Shown piece after piece: positions 30,130 through 40,096 of a DNA stretch of 64,000 nucleotides. The stretch is from assembly GCA_965216565.1 (NCBI GenBank), contig OZ244170.1, positions 3,552,001 to 3,616,000 on the forward strand, read 5' to 3'. The translations under genes and the position numbers were made by a program. The number at the start of each line of letters is the position of its first letter. Position 1 is the stretch's first letter. Under the pieces are notes generated by a model, which was not told where the DNA came from, searched no databases, and worked only from the letters and a program-made list of their open reading frames with translations. The stretch comes from Bythopirellula sp. GTDB taxonomy: Bacteria; Planctomycetota; Planctomycetia; Pirellulales; Lacipirellulaceae.

Positions 30130-31623
30130 GTGAACATTCTTTTTGCCACTTCCGAAGCGGTTCCCTTCTGCAAGACCGGTGGATTGGGCGATGTTTGTGG
30201 AAGCTTGCCGCGGGCGCTTGCTGAACTGGGACATTCTCCCACGCTCGTGCTGCCTGCCTTTCGCCAAGTGCACCAAGCGGGTGTGCCGATCGAACCTACT
30301 GGCGTGGAGTTCGAAATTCCCATTGGGCAGAAGAAAGTCCACGGACGTTTCCTGCGGGGGACGTTGCCCGACTCCGAAGTGCCGGTCTATTTTGTCGATA
30401 ACCCCGACTACTTCGACCGACCAGAGCTCTACTGGGAGAACGGCGAGGACTACCGCGACAACTGCGAGCGCTTCACTTTTTTCTGCCGAGCCGCGCTGCG
30501 TGCGATCACGCTACTCGACTTAGGAACCGATCTTATCCATTGCCACGATTGGCAAACGGGCTTAATTCCTGCCTACTTGAAAACGATGCTCAACGATCGA
30601 GCTCCCTACGATCAAATCGCTAGCCTCTACACAATCCACAATCTTGCCTATCAAGGCAGCTTTTGGCATTGGGACATGGCCCTCACCGGGATCGATTGGA
30701 AGTACTTCAATTGGCAGCAGATGGAGTTCTACGGCAATCTGAACTTTATGAAGACGGCGATCGCTTTTTCAGATGTTATCAACACCGTGAGTCCTACCTA
30801 TGCCGAGGAAATCATGCGGCCGCCGCTCAGTTGCGGGCTTGAAGGAGCCTTGCAACACCGCAGTGCGGACCTGTATGGAATTATCAACGGTGCCGACTAC
30901 TCGGCTTGGAATCCTGCCACCGATCCTCACTTGGGCGACAACACATACGACGTCTCGACGGTAGACGTCGGCAAGCCTGCCTGCAAGGCAGCGCTGCAAC
31001 GGGAGTTGGGACTACCCGAACATGCAGATGTGCCCCTCCTTGCCGCGGTAGGACGACTAGCCGATCAAAAAGGATTCGACCTCATCGCCCGCGTCATGCA
31101 ACAATGGGCCGGCCAACGCGAGTTGCAGTGGGTCATCCTCGGAACGGGAGAGCCCCGGTATCACGAGGCGTTTCGTCAGTTGGCCAAAGAGAATCCCGGA
31201 CGGGTGGCAGTAAGGCTGGAGTTTTCTAACGAACTGGCTCATCGAATTGAAGCCGGGGCCGACATGTTCCTCATGCCTAGCCAATACGAGCCCTGCGGCC
31301 TGAATCAGCTCTACAGCATGAAGTACGGAACGGTACCAGTCGTCCGCAAAACGGGCGGCTTGGCCGATACAGTGGTCGACACCAATGAATCGACGATTGC
31401 CAACGAGGTGGCTACCGGGTTTGCATTCGAGGAATACACTTCGCTGGCCCTGGCCGACACGCTAGAACGTGCGTGCGGATACTATGAAGATAAAGACACC
31501 TGGCGAAACTTGATCCTTCGCGGAATGAATCAAGACTGGTCCTGGAGCCGAAGTGCGGCAGTCTATAGCGATCTCTACCAGCAAGTTTGCTCGCGCCCTC
31601 GCCAGGCAATGTCACCCGCGTAG
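30130..31623 (+). CDS. glgA: Glycogen synthase
   Basis: KTGGLGDV, HCHDWQT, TIHNLAYQG, QKG, EPCGLNQ. Confidence 0.96.
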   Translation: MNILFATSEAVPFCKTGGLGDVCGSLPRALAELGHSPTLVLPAFRQVHQAGVPIEPTGVEFEIPIGQKKVHGRFLRGTLPDSEVPVYFVDNPDYFDRPELYWENGEDYRDNCERFTFFCRAALRAITLLDLGTDLIHCHDWQTGLIPAYLKTMLNDRAPYDQIASLYTIHNLAYQGSFWHWDMALTGIDWKYFNWQQMEFYGNLNFMKTAIAFSDVINTVSPTYAEEIMRPPLSCGLEGALQHRSADLYGIINGADYSAWNPATDPHLGDNTYDVSTVDVGKPACKAALQRELGLPEHADVPLLAAVGRLADQKGFDLIARVMQQWAGQRELQWVILGTGEPRYHEAFRQLAKENPGRVAVRLEFSNELAHRIEAGADMFLMPSQYEPCGLNQLYSMKYGTVPVVRKTGGLADTVVDTNESTIANEVATGFAFEEYTSLALADTLERACGYYEDKDTWRNLILRGMNQDWSWSRSAAVYSDLYQQVCSRPRQAMSPA

Positions 31624-31662
31624 CCCACCGGTGGCCAAGATCGTAGCGGTACTGCTCCAAAT

Positions 31663-32688
31663 ATGATTGATAAGCCAGTTTCCGAACTTCGAACCGATCC
31701 GGTGACCGGTCGCAAAGTCTATATTGCCGAAGATCGTGCCGGACGGCCTTCCGACTATTCCAGCCGTGAGCAAGAGGTCGTCACGCAGGCCTCACGCAAA
31801 ACGAGCGAGTGCCCTTTTTGTGCCGGTCACGAAAAACAGACGCCACCGACGTTGGCCGAAGTGGATGACGCCAACGGAAACTGGCGCGTCCGCGTGATAC
31901 CCAACAAGTACCCTGCAGTGAGTGAAGACCCCTCGGACCCCAGCAACACAGCTCCGCTTCTTGATGCTACCCGTCAGCCAGCCAATGGATCTCACGAGGT
32001 GATCATCGAGTCGCCCGAGCACCTTGGCGATCTTACCGACCTATCTGCCGAACATTTGACCACAGTGCTCGCGGTCTATCGCGATCGGGTGATGTTTCAT
32101 TTGAAGCAGGACCAGAACAAGCAGATCAGTTTATTCAAGAATGTTGGCTATGCGGCAGGGGCCTCGCTGGAGCATGCGCATAGCCAGCTGATTGCGCTGC
32201 CCTATGTGTCTCCAGTTCTCGAAGCTGAGTTAACGGGAACGCAGCAATACCATCAGCAACACGGCAGTTGCCAATTCTGCGATTTGCTAGCAGAAGAACT
32301 TGCATCCGGAGAGCGACTTGTCGTCGACGAGGAGCACTTCGCCGTGATCTGTGCCGTGGCCGCGCGTCAACCTTTTGAATTGTGGATCGCACCCAAAGCG
32401 CATGCGGCCAACTTCACAACTGCCACGAATGACCATCTGACGCAGCTTGCAAATCTCCTGCAACAGATTCTCAAACGTCTGCAGCATCACTTGAAGCCTC
32501 TGTCCTACAACCTTCTGTTGCATACCTCCCCTGCCGGTGAGCAGTACGAGGAGACCTTTCATTGGCATTGGGAATTAATCCCGCGCACAGCCCAGCTGGC
32601 TGGCCTGGAATGGGGCAGTGGCGTCTATATCAACTCGCTTTCGCCGGAACGTGCCGCCAAGTTGCTGCGGCAGACCGAAACAGCCTAG
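31663..32688 (+). CDS. galT: GalT-like hexose-1-phosphate nucleotidyltransferase (HIT superfamily)
   Basis: ELR.DP, CPFC, PNKYPA, HEVIIESP, GASLEHAHSQ, FHWH. Confidence 0.88.
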   Translation: MIDKPVSELRTDPVTGRKVYIAEDRAGRPSDYSSREQEVVTQASRKTSECPFCAGHEKQTPPTLAEVDDANGNWRVRVIPNKYPAVSEDPSDPSNTAPLLDATRQPANGSHEVIIESPEHLGDLTDLSAEHLTTVLAVYRDRVMFHLKQDQNKQISLFKNVGYAAGASLEHAHSQLIALPYVSPVLEAELTGTQQYHQQHGSCQFCDLLAEELASGERLVVDEEHFAVICAVAARQPFELWIAPKAHAANFTTATNDHLTQLANLLQQILKRLQHHLKPLSYNLLLHTSPAGEQYEETFHWHWELIPRTAQLAGLEWGSGVYINSLSPERAAKLLRQTETA

Positions 32689-32984
32689 TGAGGCTCGCCC
32701 CACGACAGCGAATGTGTCGTTCCTACTAGGAAATCATTCAGAATAGGCGTCCGCACGATATCCCAACGTGCTCTGGTGGTGAAGAGTAACGATCCTGTAG
32801 AATAAATGGTCTCAGGAAACCTTCACTTGTGTGCCTGTTACGGGTTCCATTCGTGGCGATCCTGCCAATCATTTCACCGTTTTCTCCGCCAGATGGCTAG
32901 TCGTAGTCGGGCTAAATTGCAATCTTGGAAGGAACTGGTTTAACTCCTAGCTATTCACCGACCCGGCCAACCATACCTACTGCT

Positions 32985-35168
32985 ATGAATCATCCTCTCC
33001 GCCTTGTTCTGGTTTTGCACAACCATCAGCCAATTGGCAACTTTGATGGCGTCTTCGAACAAGCATACCAAGACAGTTATCTGCCGTTTCTGGACGTTTT
33101 CGACCGGTTCGATACTCTACGGATCGCTTTGCATACCAGCGGTTCGTTGATGGAGTGGCTCGACGCCAAACATCCCGAGTATGTCGACCGCCTGGCCGGG
33201 CTGGTGGCCTCGGGAAGAATTGAGATTGTCGGCGGAGCCTACTTCGAGCCAATCTTGGCCATGATCCCCTCACGTGATCGCGTGGGACAAATTTCCTCCT
33301 ACAACGAATGGCTCGAGGCACGACTGGGGGCAAAAGTTCGCGGCATGTGGGTTCCCGAGCGTGTGTGGGAACAATCGATGGCCAGGGACATCGTCGACGC
33401 CGGCATCGGCTACACGATTCTCGACGATTTCCATTTCAAAAATGCGGGCCTCTCCCAAGAACAGCTCCACGGCTACTACGTTACCGAAGACGATAGCCGT
33501 GTACTCAACGTCCTGCCCGGCAGCGAGCGGTTGAGGTATCTAATTCCCTTCCAGGATGCCCACCAAACTATCGATTACCTGCGGTCTGTTGCTGAGCAAC
33601 ACCCGGGGGCGGTGATGGCCTTCGGGGATGATGGCGAAAAGTTTGGTACCTGGCCTGGTACGAAGGAGCACGTTTACAATCATGGCTGGTTGAACAACTT
33701 TTTCGAAGCACTGGTTGCGAACAGCGATTGGCTGAAAGTCACCACTCCCTCGGAAGCCATCGAGAATGTACCCCCACTAGGTAAGCTGTACATTCCCGAA
33801 GGTAGTTATCGGGAAATGACCGAATGGGCTCTACCCGCGGCCAAAATCAACCAGTTCGACGATATGTATCACGATCTCGAACATCAAGGTCAGTGGGAAA
33901 AAGTCGCTCCATTCGTACGCGGAGGTTACTGGCGAAACTTCAAGGTGAAATACCCCGAAACCAACGCCATGTATTGTCGAATGCAGATGGTAAGTCGTCG
34001 CTTGCAGGAGGCGGTCGAAGCCGGCGCCAAAGGCGAACTTATTGATCAAGCACGCTTAGAACTGTATCGAGGACAATGCAATTGCAGCTACTGGCATGGT
34101 GCGTTTGGAGGAGTCTATCTTCCTCACCTCCGGAATGCCGTCTACGAGCATCTGATCGCGGCAGACAATCTGCTTAACCAAGCAGAAGATCGTGGTTGGC
34201 AGCCTGGGCAACAGCCTTGGGTAGAGCTGGAAGCAGATGATTACAATCTGGATGGTCGACCCGAGACGCTGCTGGCCAACAATCGGCTGACCGCGTTGGT
34301 CTCGCCGGTCGAAGGTGGACAGATCTACGAGCTCGATGTCAAATCGATTTGCCATAATCTACAAGCATCGTTGACGCGTCGTCCCGAGGCTTATCACCGT
34401 AAAGTCTTGCAGGGTCCCTCGTCCGATAACGGTGAGGTCGCCAGCATCCACGATCAGGTGGTGTTCAAGCAGGAAGGTCTCAATGAGCGTCTCGATTACG
34501 ACAATTGGGCCCGCAATAGCTTGGTCGATCATTTCTATTCCGCAGATGTTTCCCTAGAACAAATCGCAAATGGTCAGGCCGAAGAGCACGGTGATTTCGT
34601 ACACGGACCCTACGAGGCCAAATTGCGTCGCAACGAGGATCGCGTCCAATTGCAACTCATTCGCACAGGTACTGTTCATGGTCGTGAAATCAAAGTTACC
34701 AAGGGCATCTCTCTGAATGTTGAGGAATCGGCACTAGAGATCGCTTACTTAGTAGAAAACATACCGAACGATGTCACCCTGCATTTAGCACCAGAGTTCA
34801 ACATTGCCGGGCTCCCTTCAGGGGCGGATGATCGATTTTTCCGCGGGGCCGATCAGCAAGCGATGGGCCAATTGGGAACCCAGCTTGATTTGCATGAAAC
34901 AACGGAACTGGGACTCGTGGATCAATGGCTCGGCATCGATGTCGGACTCACATTCAATCGTCCCACTTCGATTTGGACCTATCCGGTCGAAACCGTCAGC
35001 CAATCGGAGGGTGGGTTCGAGCTTGTTCACCAATCGGTAGCCGTGCTGCCGCATTGGGCGCTTGTGCCCGACCTCAATGGTCGCTGGAGCATGACAATGC
35101 AGCTTGCCATTGATACCAGTCTGGCAGAATCGCGAATGGAACAGTTGCCCGAAGTCGCAAGAGTGTAA
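32985..35168 (+). CDS. GH57 alpha-amylase/4-alpha-glucanotransferase
   Basis: HNHQP, WVPERVW, DDGEKFG, QCNCSYWHG, VSQSEGGFE. Confidence 0.92.
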   Translation: MNHPLRLVLVLHNHQPIGNFDGVFEQAYQDSYLPFLDVFDRFDTLRIALHTSGSLMEWLDAKHPEYVDRLAGLVASGRIEIVGGAYFEPILAMIPSRDRVGQISSYNEWLEARLGAKVRGMWVPERVWEQSMARDIVDAGIGYTILDDFHFKNAGLSQEQLHGYYVTEDDSRVLNVLPGSERLRYLIPFQDAHQTIDYLRSVAEQHPGAVMAFGDDGEKFGTWPGTKEHVYNHGWLNNFFEALVANSDWLKVTTPSEAIENVPPLGKLYIPEGSYREMTEWALPAAKINQFDDMYHDLEHQGQWEKVAPFVRGGYWRNFKVKYPETNAMYCRMQMVSRRLQEAVEAGAKGELIDQARLELYRGQCNCSYWHGAFGGVYLPHLRNAVYEHLIAADNLLNQAEDRGWQPGQQPWVELEADDYNLDGRPETLLANNRLTALVSPVEGGQIYELDVKSICHNLQASLTRRPEAYHRKVLQGPSSDNGEVASIHDQVVFKQEGLNERLDYDNWARNSLVDHFYSADVSLEQIANGQAEEHGDFVHGPYEAKLRRNEDRVQLQLIRTGTVHGREIKVTKGISLNVEESALEIAYLVENIPNDVTLHLAPEFNIAGLPSGADDRFFRGADQQAMGQLGTQLDLHETTELGLVDQWLGIDVGLTFNRPTSIWTYPVETVSQSEGGFELVHQSVAVLPHWALVPDLNGRWSMTMQLAIDTSLAESRMEQLPEVARV

Positions 35169-35176
35169 CTGCCAAC

Positions 35177-35860
35177 TTAAGTACTCGCCGTGGCGAGATC
35201 GTTCCAATTGACCTCGGTTGCGAATTCTTCTGCTTTAAACTCGACTTGCCCCAAGAGGGGCACACTACAGCGACGAGCAATCTCGCCAGCGTTAGTCGCC
35301 AAACTATCGTCGGTCCTGCTGGTAGGTTGATTGAGTACGACTCCAGCGATCGGCAAATCTGGAGCTTTCGTCTGGGCGGTGATCACCGTTTGCAATGTGG
35401 CATTGATCGTACCCAATTCGTTGGCGGAGACAATTACCAGGGGATATCCAAACTCTCTAGCCAGGTCGATGTTGTAATCGTCCCAACTGAGTGGCGACAT
35501 CAGACCTCCGGCGCCCTCAACGATCACCACTTCTGAGAGGTTCCGCCAGTAATCCAATCCGGATCGGAGTAAATCACGGTCAACCTCTTTTCCGGCAGCC
35601 CTCGCGGCTTGCGGTGGTGCCACGGGCAGCTCGAAGCATTGAGGACAGACGCGAGCAAACTCACCCGGCTTCCCAGCCGCTTGCCACAGCAGTTCAGCAT
35701 CTTCTGCGATAAGTCCTGCAGATTCCCGACGACATCCGCTAGCCGCCGGTTTATAAACGCCGACGCGGCATCCTGCGCCGGCCAACTCCCGCGCAATCAA
35801 TGCTGCGACATGAGTCTTGCCGACTTCGGTATTTGTACCGGCGATAAACAGGCCTGCCAC
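35177..35860 (-). CDS. bioD: Dethiobiotin synthase
   Basis: FIAGTNTEVGKT, YKP..SG, VEGAGG, LGTIN; GTG 35860. Confidence 0.93.
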   Translation of the reverse strand: MAGLFIAGTNTEVGKTHVAALIARELAGAGCRVGVYKPAASGCRRESAGLIAEDAELLWQAAGKPGEFARVCPQCFELPVAPPQAARAAGKEVDRDLLRSGLDYWRNLSEVVIVEGAGGLMSPLSWDDYNIDLAREFGYPLVIVSANELGTINATLQTVITAQTKAPDLPIAGVVLNQPTSRTDDSLATNAGEIARRCSVPLLGQVEFKAEEFATEVNWNDLATAST

Positions 35861-35892
35861 GAAAGAAGTTCCCAGTCCGAAAAGGCCAAAAA

Positions 35893-36759
35893 TTATAGAA
35901 CTAAAAACTCTTCCACAGCTTCGCGCATCGTTTGACGATCTGCCGAGACGCCCGTCCAAGCCTCGAACGCCAAAGCCGTTTGTTCGATTAAGAGCGTCAA
36001 ACCATCGATCGTCGTGCAATCGAGTTCTTGCGCCTCTCGCAACAGAGCCGAGGAGGGCGGATTGTAGACCAAGTCGGCGACAACAGTCTCGCGCGGGATG
36101 GTCGCCAGTTTTATCGGCATTTCATTGGACGATGGTCCTTGTCGGAGAGAACTGGCGTTGATCAACAAACGACACTCTTCGCCAAGATTCAAAGACTCGT
36201 TGCTTGGCTGCGAATGGCAAGTGCAAGATTCCAACGGAGTTTGTTCAACCAAGGTATCTACAAACTCTTTTGCTTCGGCTTGTTGATCAGCATCCTTGCC
36301 AATTAGGAGAACTTCCTTGGCACCCTGCAAGGCGAATTCCGCTGCTAGTACACGTGCCAGCGGGCCAGTCCCCAAGATTGTAACTTGGTTGCCCCGAATA
36401 TCTGTCGATTGCTCAACAAGGTGACTCAGGGCTTTTCCCAGCGTGTTTTCGCCATGCAACTGACCGCCGACCTGCTTAATGCAATTGACCTGCTTGCTGA
36501 GGCGAGCCACCTCCGAAATCTCCTCCAGATAGGGGAGCACGGTCACATCGTGAGGCGGAGTCAGCATGATGCCACGAAAACCGAAAATCCTGGCGCCTCG
36601 CAGTGCCCCTTCAAAATCGAGAGCTGGAATCTGGAATGTCAGGAACCGCCAATCGAGCCGCCCGGCCTCAATCGCCTTTTCCAACATATATTGGGTGGGA
36701 TTTCCAGCCACACGATCGCCCATCAAACAACATACATCTTGCTGGGGCTGATTGGTCAC
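35893..36759 (-). CDS. Shikimate dehydrogenase-like protein with non-canonical active site
   Basis: AroE-fold motifs (VNC, LINAS, DLVYNP, DGL.LL.Q...FE.WTG), but TPPHD and NTLG replace T.P.K and NTDG. Confidence 0.8.
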   Translation of the reverse strand: MTNQPQQDVCCLMGDRVAGNPTQYMLEKAIEAGRLDWRFLTFQIPALDFEGALRGARIFGFRGIMLTPPHDVTVLPYLEEISEVARLSKQVNCIKQVGGQLHGENTLGKALSHLVEQSTDIRGNQVTILGTGPLARVLAAEFALQGAKEVLLIGKDADQQAEAKEFVDTLVEQTPLESCTCHSQPSNESLNLGEECRLLINASSLRQGPSSNEMPIKLATIPRETVVADLVYNPPSSALLREAQELDCTTIDGLTLLIEQTALAFEAWTGVSADRQTMREAVEEFLVL

Positions 36760-36967
36760 CGGTTTGTCCTCAGGAATACTCTTCGATCAAAGCTGCTCAT
36801 GCGACGGCGTATCTGGAAATCCTATTTTGACTGGCTCTAGGTTAGTTTTCAACGGCACCTGAAAACTAGATTCTGCCTGAAAAATATTCCCGTCGTCCTC
36901 TCTGGCAGGCGTAACGTACAATTGCAGAACCACATCGGGCCCGACGTACTCAACTCATATTGCTGCA

Positions 36968-37774
36968 ATGTTGCGACGTAATCCGCTAACTATCCTGCTG
37001 CTGATAGCTACTATTGTAGTCGACATCGTATTTGTGACAGTCCGTTTGCCCGGCGGGCTCGACAAACGGGCGCTATTCGCGGGGCTTCTGTTCGGACAAA
37101 TGGCGGCCTGTGCCATTTGGGCCGCTCGCGGAAGTAGTGGGCACCGTCTGGGGCGGGGCAGTTTGCTCGTGATTGCTGCTTGCTTAATTGGACTAGCCTC
37201 GGGAGGCAGCGCCCTGCTGGGACGCTATCAATGGCTGGCAATCTTAGTCGGCTATACCCTCACCGTATATGGCGCGACTGTTCTGTTAGCCTTCGCACAG
37301 AAATACACCTCCCAGAAATCCGAAGATTCTCCGGCCGAGCCAACCTGGCAAGTCTCGATCATCGAGCTCTTTGGCTGGACGATTTTGGTGGCCATCGCCA
37401 GTTTCGCAGCCCGCTCGATGGAATTTGGTTTTATAAGACTCGACAATCACATCATTGAGAAAGTTGTCTTGCTGTTAGCCTTACCGCTAACCTTGGCTAC
37501 GTTCATTCGCAAAGACCTGGGCGATCTTTCTCAAGGAAAAGCGGCGACAATTGTGCTGGTCGTTCTGACGGTAGTTATCGCCTATCTACTTCGTACAAGA
37601 GATCCCAACATCGCGTTGCCGCTAATTTTCGGACAGGGAGGCTATCTGGTGCTGTGGTTTTTAGTGCTTGGCATGGATCGGCTCGTCCGGCAAGCCCAGG
37701 GTACAGAAGAACAAGTGGCACGGTTCGCTCCTCCTCCGGAACAGGCAGAAGACTCACAGCAACTCGATCCCTGA
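36968..37774 (+). CDS. Hypothetical multi-pass membrane protein
   Basis: About 7-8 hydrophobic segments; WQVSIIELFGWT motif. Confidence 0.7.
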   Translation: MLRRNPLTILLLIATIVVDIVFVTVRLPGGLDKRALFAGLLFGQMAACAIWAARGSSGHRLGRGSLLVIAACLIGLASGGSALLGRYQWLAILVGYTLTVYGATVLLAFAQKYTSQKSEDSPAEPTWQVSIIELFGWTILVAIASFAARSMEFGFIRLDNHIIEKVVLLLALPLTLATFIRKDLGDLSQGKAATIVLVVLTVVIAYLLRTRDPNIALPLIFGQGGYLVLWFLVLGMDRLVRQAQGTEEQVARFAPPPEQAEDSQQLDP

Positions 37775-38581
37775 CGTGCTTGTCTGTTCAACCGTCTTTC
37801 GAGCCTTGATGCGTACATACGGCGCAATCATTTGCGAACGATGGCCGAAAGAGCCCGGTTCGGCCTTGGCATCGGCATGCATCGGTTCAATCAAATCCTC
37901 GATTACAAAGCCGGCTCGGCATATGCCACCGACAATCTGTTCCCAACGGTGCAAGAATTCCAAGGTGCCTTGTTCCCGTAGGCGACAGGGCTCATTGGCC
38001 GGCAAGGGTCCCTCTCGATAATACGTTTGCTGAATTCTATAGTGGCTCCCTTCTAAGCTCGTATCCGATTGCAAGCTGACTGGAGTCTTGTGCTGGCTTA
38101 CGTAGATTCCACCGGGTCGAATCACCGTGGCAACCTGGCAAAACACGGGATCAACATCGGGGACATAGCATGTGCTCACCGGGTGAATCACCACGTCGAA
38201 ACTCGCCGGTGAGAACATACTTAGATTGTCCATCGAGCCCTGAATGACTCGGATATCGTACCCACGCACTTCCGCGACGGTACGATCCAGCGCAAGCATT
38301 CCCGCACTAATGTCAACGACCGTCACACGGGCACCACACGCTGCGTACAAGATACTATGCTTTCCACCTCCGGCAGCTAAGCAAAGAACGTCCGAACCGG
38401 CGATAGAGTTTCCCAGCCACCCAAGCGGATCGACTGTCTTGAGCGGTTCTCTTAAATCTTCGTCTCGCACAGGCTGAGCTAAGGCAGCTTGTTGGCGAGC
38501 CAATTGATCCCACGCCCGCGCATTATGTTCTAGGGTAGCGGCGGTGTTGCGATTAGTACCTGAACTCTTCGGCTCCGCCAT
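37754..38581 (-). CDS. Class I SAM-dependent methyltransferase
   Basis: VLCLAAGGG, VVDIS, FDVVIHP, IRPGG. Confidence 0.88.
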   Translation of the reverse strand: MAEPKSSGTNRNTAATLEHNARAWDQLARQQAALAQPVRDEDLREPLKTVDPLGWLGNSIAGSDVLCLAAGGGKHSILYAACGARVTVVDISAGMLALDRTVAEVRGYDIRVIQGSMDNLSMFSPASFDVVIHPVSTCYVPDVDPVFCQVATVIRPGGIYVSQHKTPVSLQSDTSLEGSHYRIQQTYYREGPLPANEPCRLREQGTLEFLHRWEQIVGGICRAGFVIEDLIEPMHADAKAEPGSFGHRSQMIAPYVRIKARKTVEQTSTSGIELL

Positions 38582-38625
38582 GATTTCGACCAAGTACTGG
38601 TTCTCTGGAAACTAATTAATCAGAA

Positions 38626-40062
38626 CTAGCTATCAACGACTAAGATCGTGTCGATCGGATGTTGATCACCTTTTGGCAGGAGAATATTGAAATTACCTGA
38701 GGGTACTTTTTCAAACTCTACCGATTCGCCGGAATCAAAATGTCGTAGCGACTCAGCCTGGAGTTTGCCGGTTCCTGGCAATTCGATCCATCCCTCGTCG
38801 TTGGGTGGTGGCGGATCAAGCAGGTGAAGATAGATTGTGCCGCCGCTCTTGGTGGTCACCCCCCAGTCTTGAGGCGGACAAGGGCCTGCTTCGCTCGCAT
38901 AAACTGTCTTCCCAAACTGATCGAGCCATTTCCCAATAGCTTCTAATCGCTCGGCAAATTCCTCCTGAATAGTTCCGTCCGGGCGAGGGCCCACGTTAAG
39001 CAAGAGATTCGCATTCTGGCCTGCGGCTCGAACCAGGTAGTGAACTAATTGCTTTGGCGTCTTGAACTTTTTGTCATGGACATTGTAGCCCCACGAACCA
39101 TTGATCGTATCGCAAGTTTCCAAGGGCAGACTGCCTATGACAGAATCCTCACTGAATCCGGTCGTGTTCTGCCCCGGCAAATCGCGTTCGAACATCTGAA
39201 AGTCTTCCCCAGGGAAAGGTGCCACATGATGATTGTTCCCAATCAGGCATGTCGGTTGCAGTCGATGAATCAGGCCGTAAGTTTGCCCGAGCCGCCAATC
39301 AATCTGTGTCTCCTTGGGGTCAAAGTTGCCCTGGTTCTCTTTGTTCTCCGGGAGTTTCTTTGATTTCTGGTCCCACCAACCATCGAACCAAATCCCTGCA
39401 ATTTTGCCATACTCTCCGCCGAGTAACTCGGTGAGCTGAGCATCCATGAAATCCAGGTACTTGGAAAAGTCACCCGACTTGGGACGCCCCGAGTGCCGTC
39501 CTGTTTTCCCTCGCGGATAGTAGTCGGGATGTGTCCAGTCGAGATGAGAGTGATAGAAGAACAGCTTCAAACCTTGCTTCTCACACTCCTTAGCCAATGG
39601 CTTGAGTAAATCTTGGCCATAGGGAGTTGCGTCCACGACGTTCCAATCGGTAACGTCCGAGTCCCAAAGTGCAAAGCCATCGTGGTGCTTACTGGTGATG
39701 GTTACATACTTGGCACCAGCACGCTTAAACAGAGATACCCATTCGGCCGGATCGTACTTTACTGGGTTAAACTGTTTTGCATACTTCTTGTACTGGTCGA
39801 CGGTCATCTTTTCGTTGTGCATCACCCATTCACCGCGCTCCAGTCCACTGTAAACTCCCCAGTGAATAAAGATCCCAAATTGATCATCGCGAAAATCTTG
39901 TTGCTCGGCCTGGCGTTGTTCCGACGGCGAGGCCTGCTGCTCTTTCGTGACGCCTACCTCTTGACTCAAGGCAATGCATGAGCCGTTGAGCAGACTAGTA
40001 ACTATCACGCACAGGAACGCGAATGAAACCGCACATTGTTGGCGGGTTGCCAAACCGTTCAT
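38626..40062 (-). CDS. GH29 alpha-L-fucosidase, secreted
   Basis: FGIFIHWG, TSKHHDGF.LW, WFDGWW, WGY, LLNVGP; signal peptide. Confidence 0.93.
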   Translation of the reverse strand: MNGLATRQQCAVSFAFLCVIVTSLLNGSCIALSQEVGVTKEQQASPSEQRQAEQQDFRDDQFGIFIHWGVYSGLERGEWVMHNEKMTVDQYKKYAKQFNPVKYDPAEWVSLFKRAGAKYVTITSKHHDGFALWDSDVTDWNVVDATPYGQDLLKPLAKECEKQGLKLFFYHSHLDWTHPDYYPRGKTGRHSGRPKSGDFSKYLDFMDAQLTELLGGEYGKIAGIWFDGWWDQKSKKLPENKENQGNFDPKETQIDWRLGQTYGLIHRLQPTCLIGNNHHVAPFPGEDFQMFERDLPGQNTTGFSEDSVIGSLPLETCDTINGSWGYNVHDKKFKTPKQLVHYLVRAAGQNANLLLNVGPRPDGTIQEEFAERLEAIGKWLDQFGKTVYASEAGPCPPQDWGVTTKSGGTIYLHLLDPPPPNDEGWIELPGTGKLQAESLRHFDSGESVEFEKVPSGNFNILLPKGDQHPIDTILVVDS

Positions 40063-40096
40063 AGAGTCACTCCTGAGTCGGACCGAGTTGGAACCT

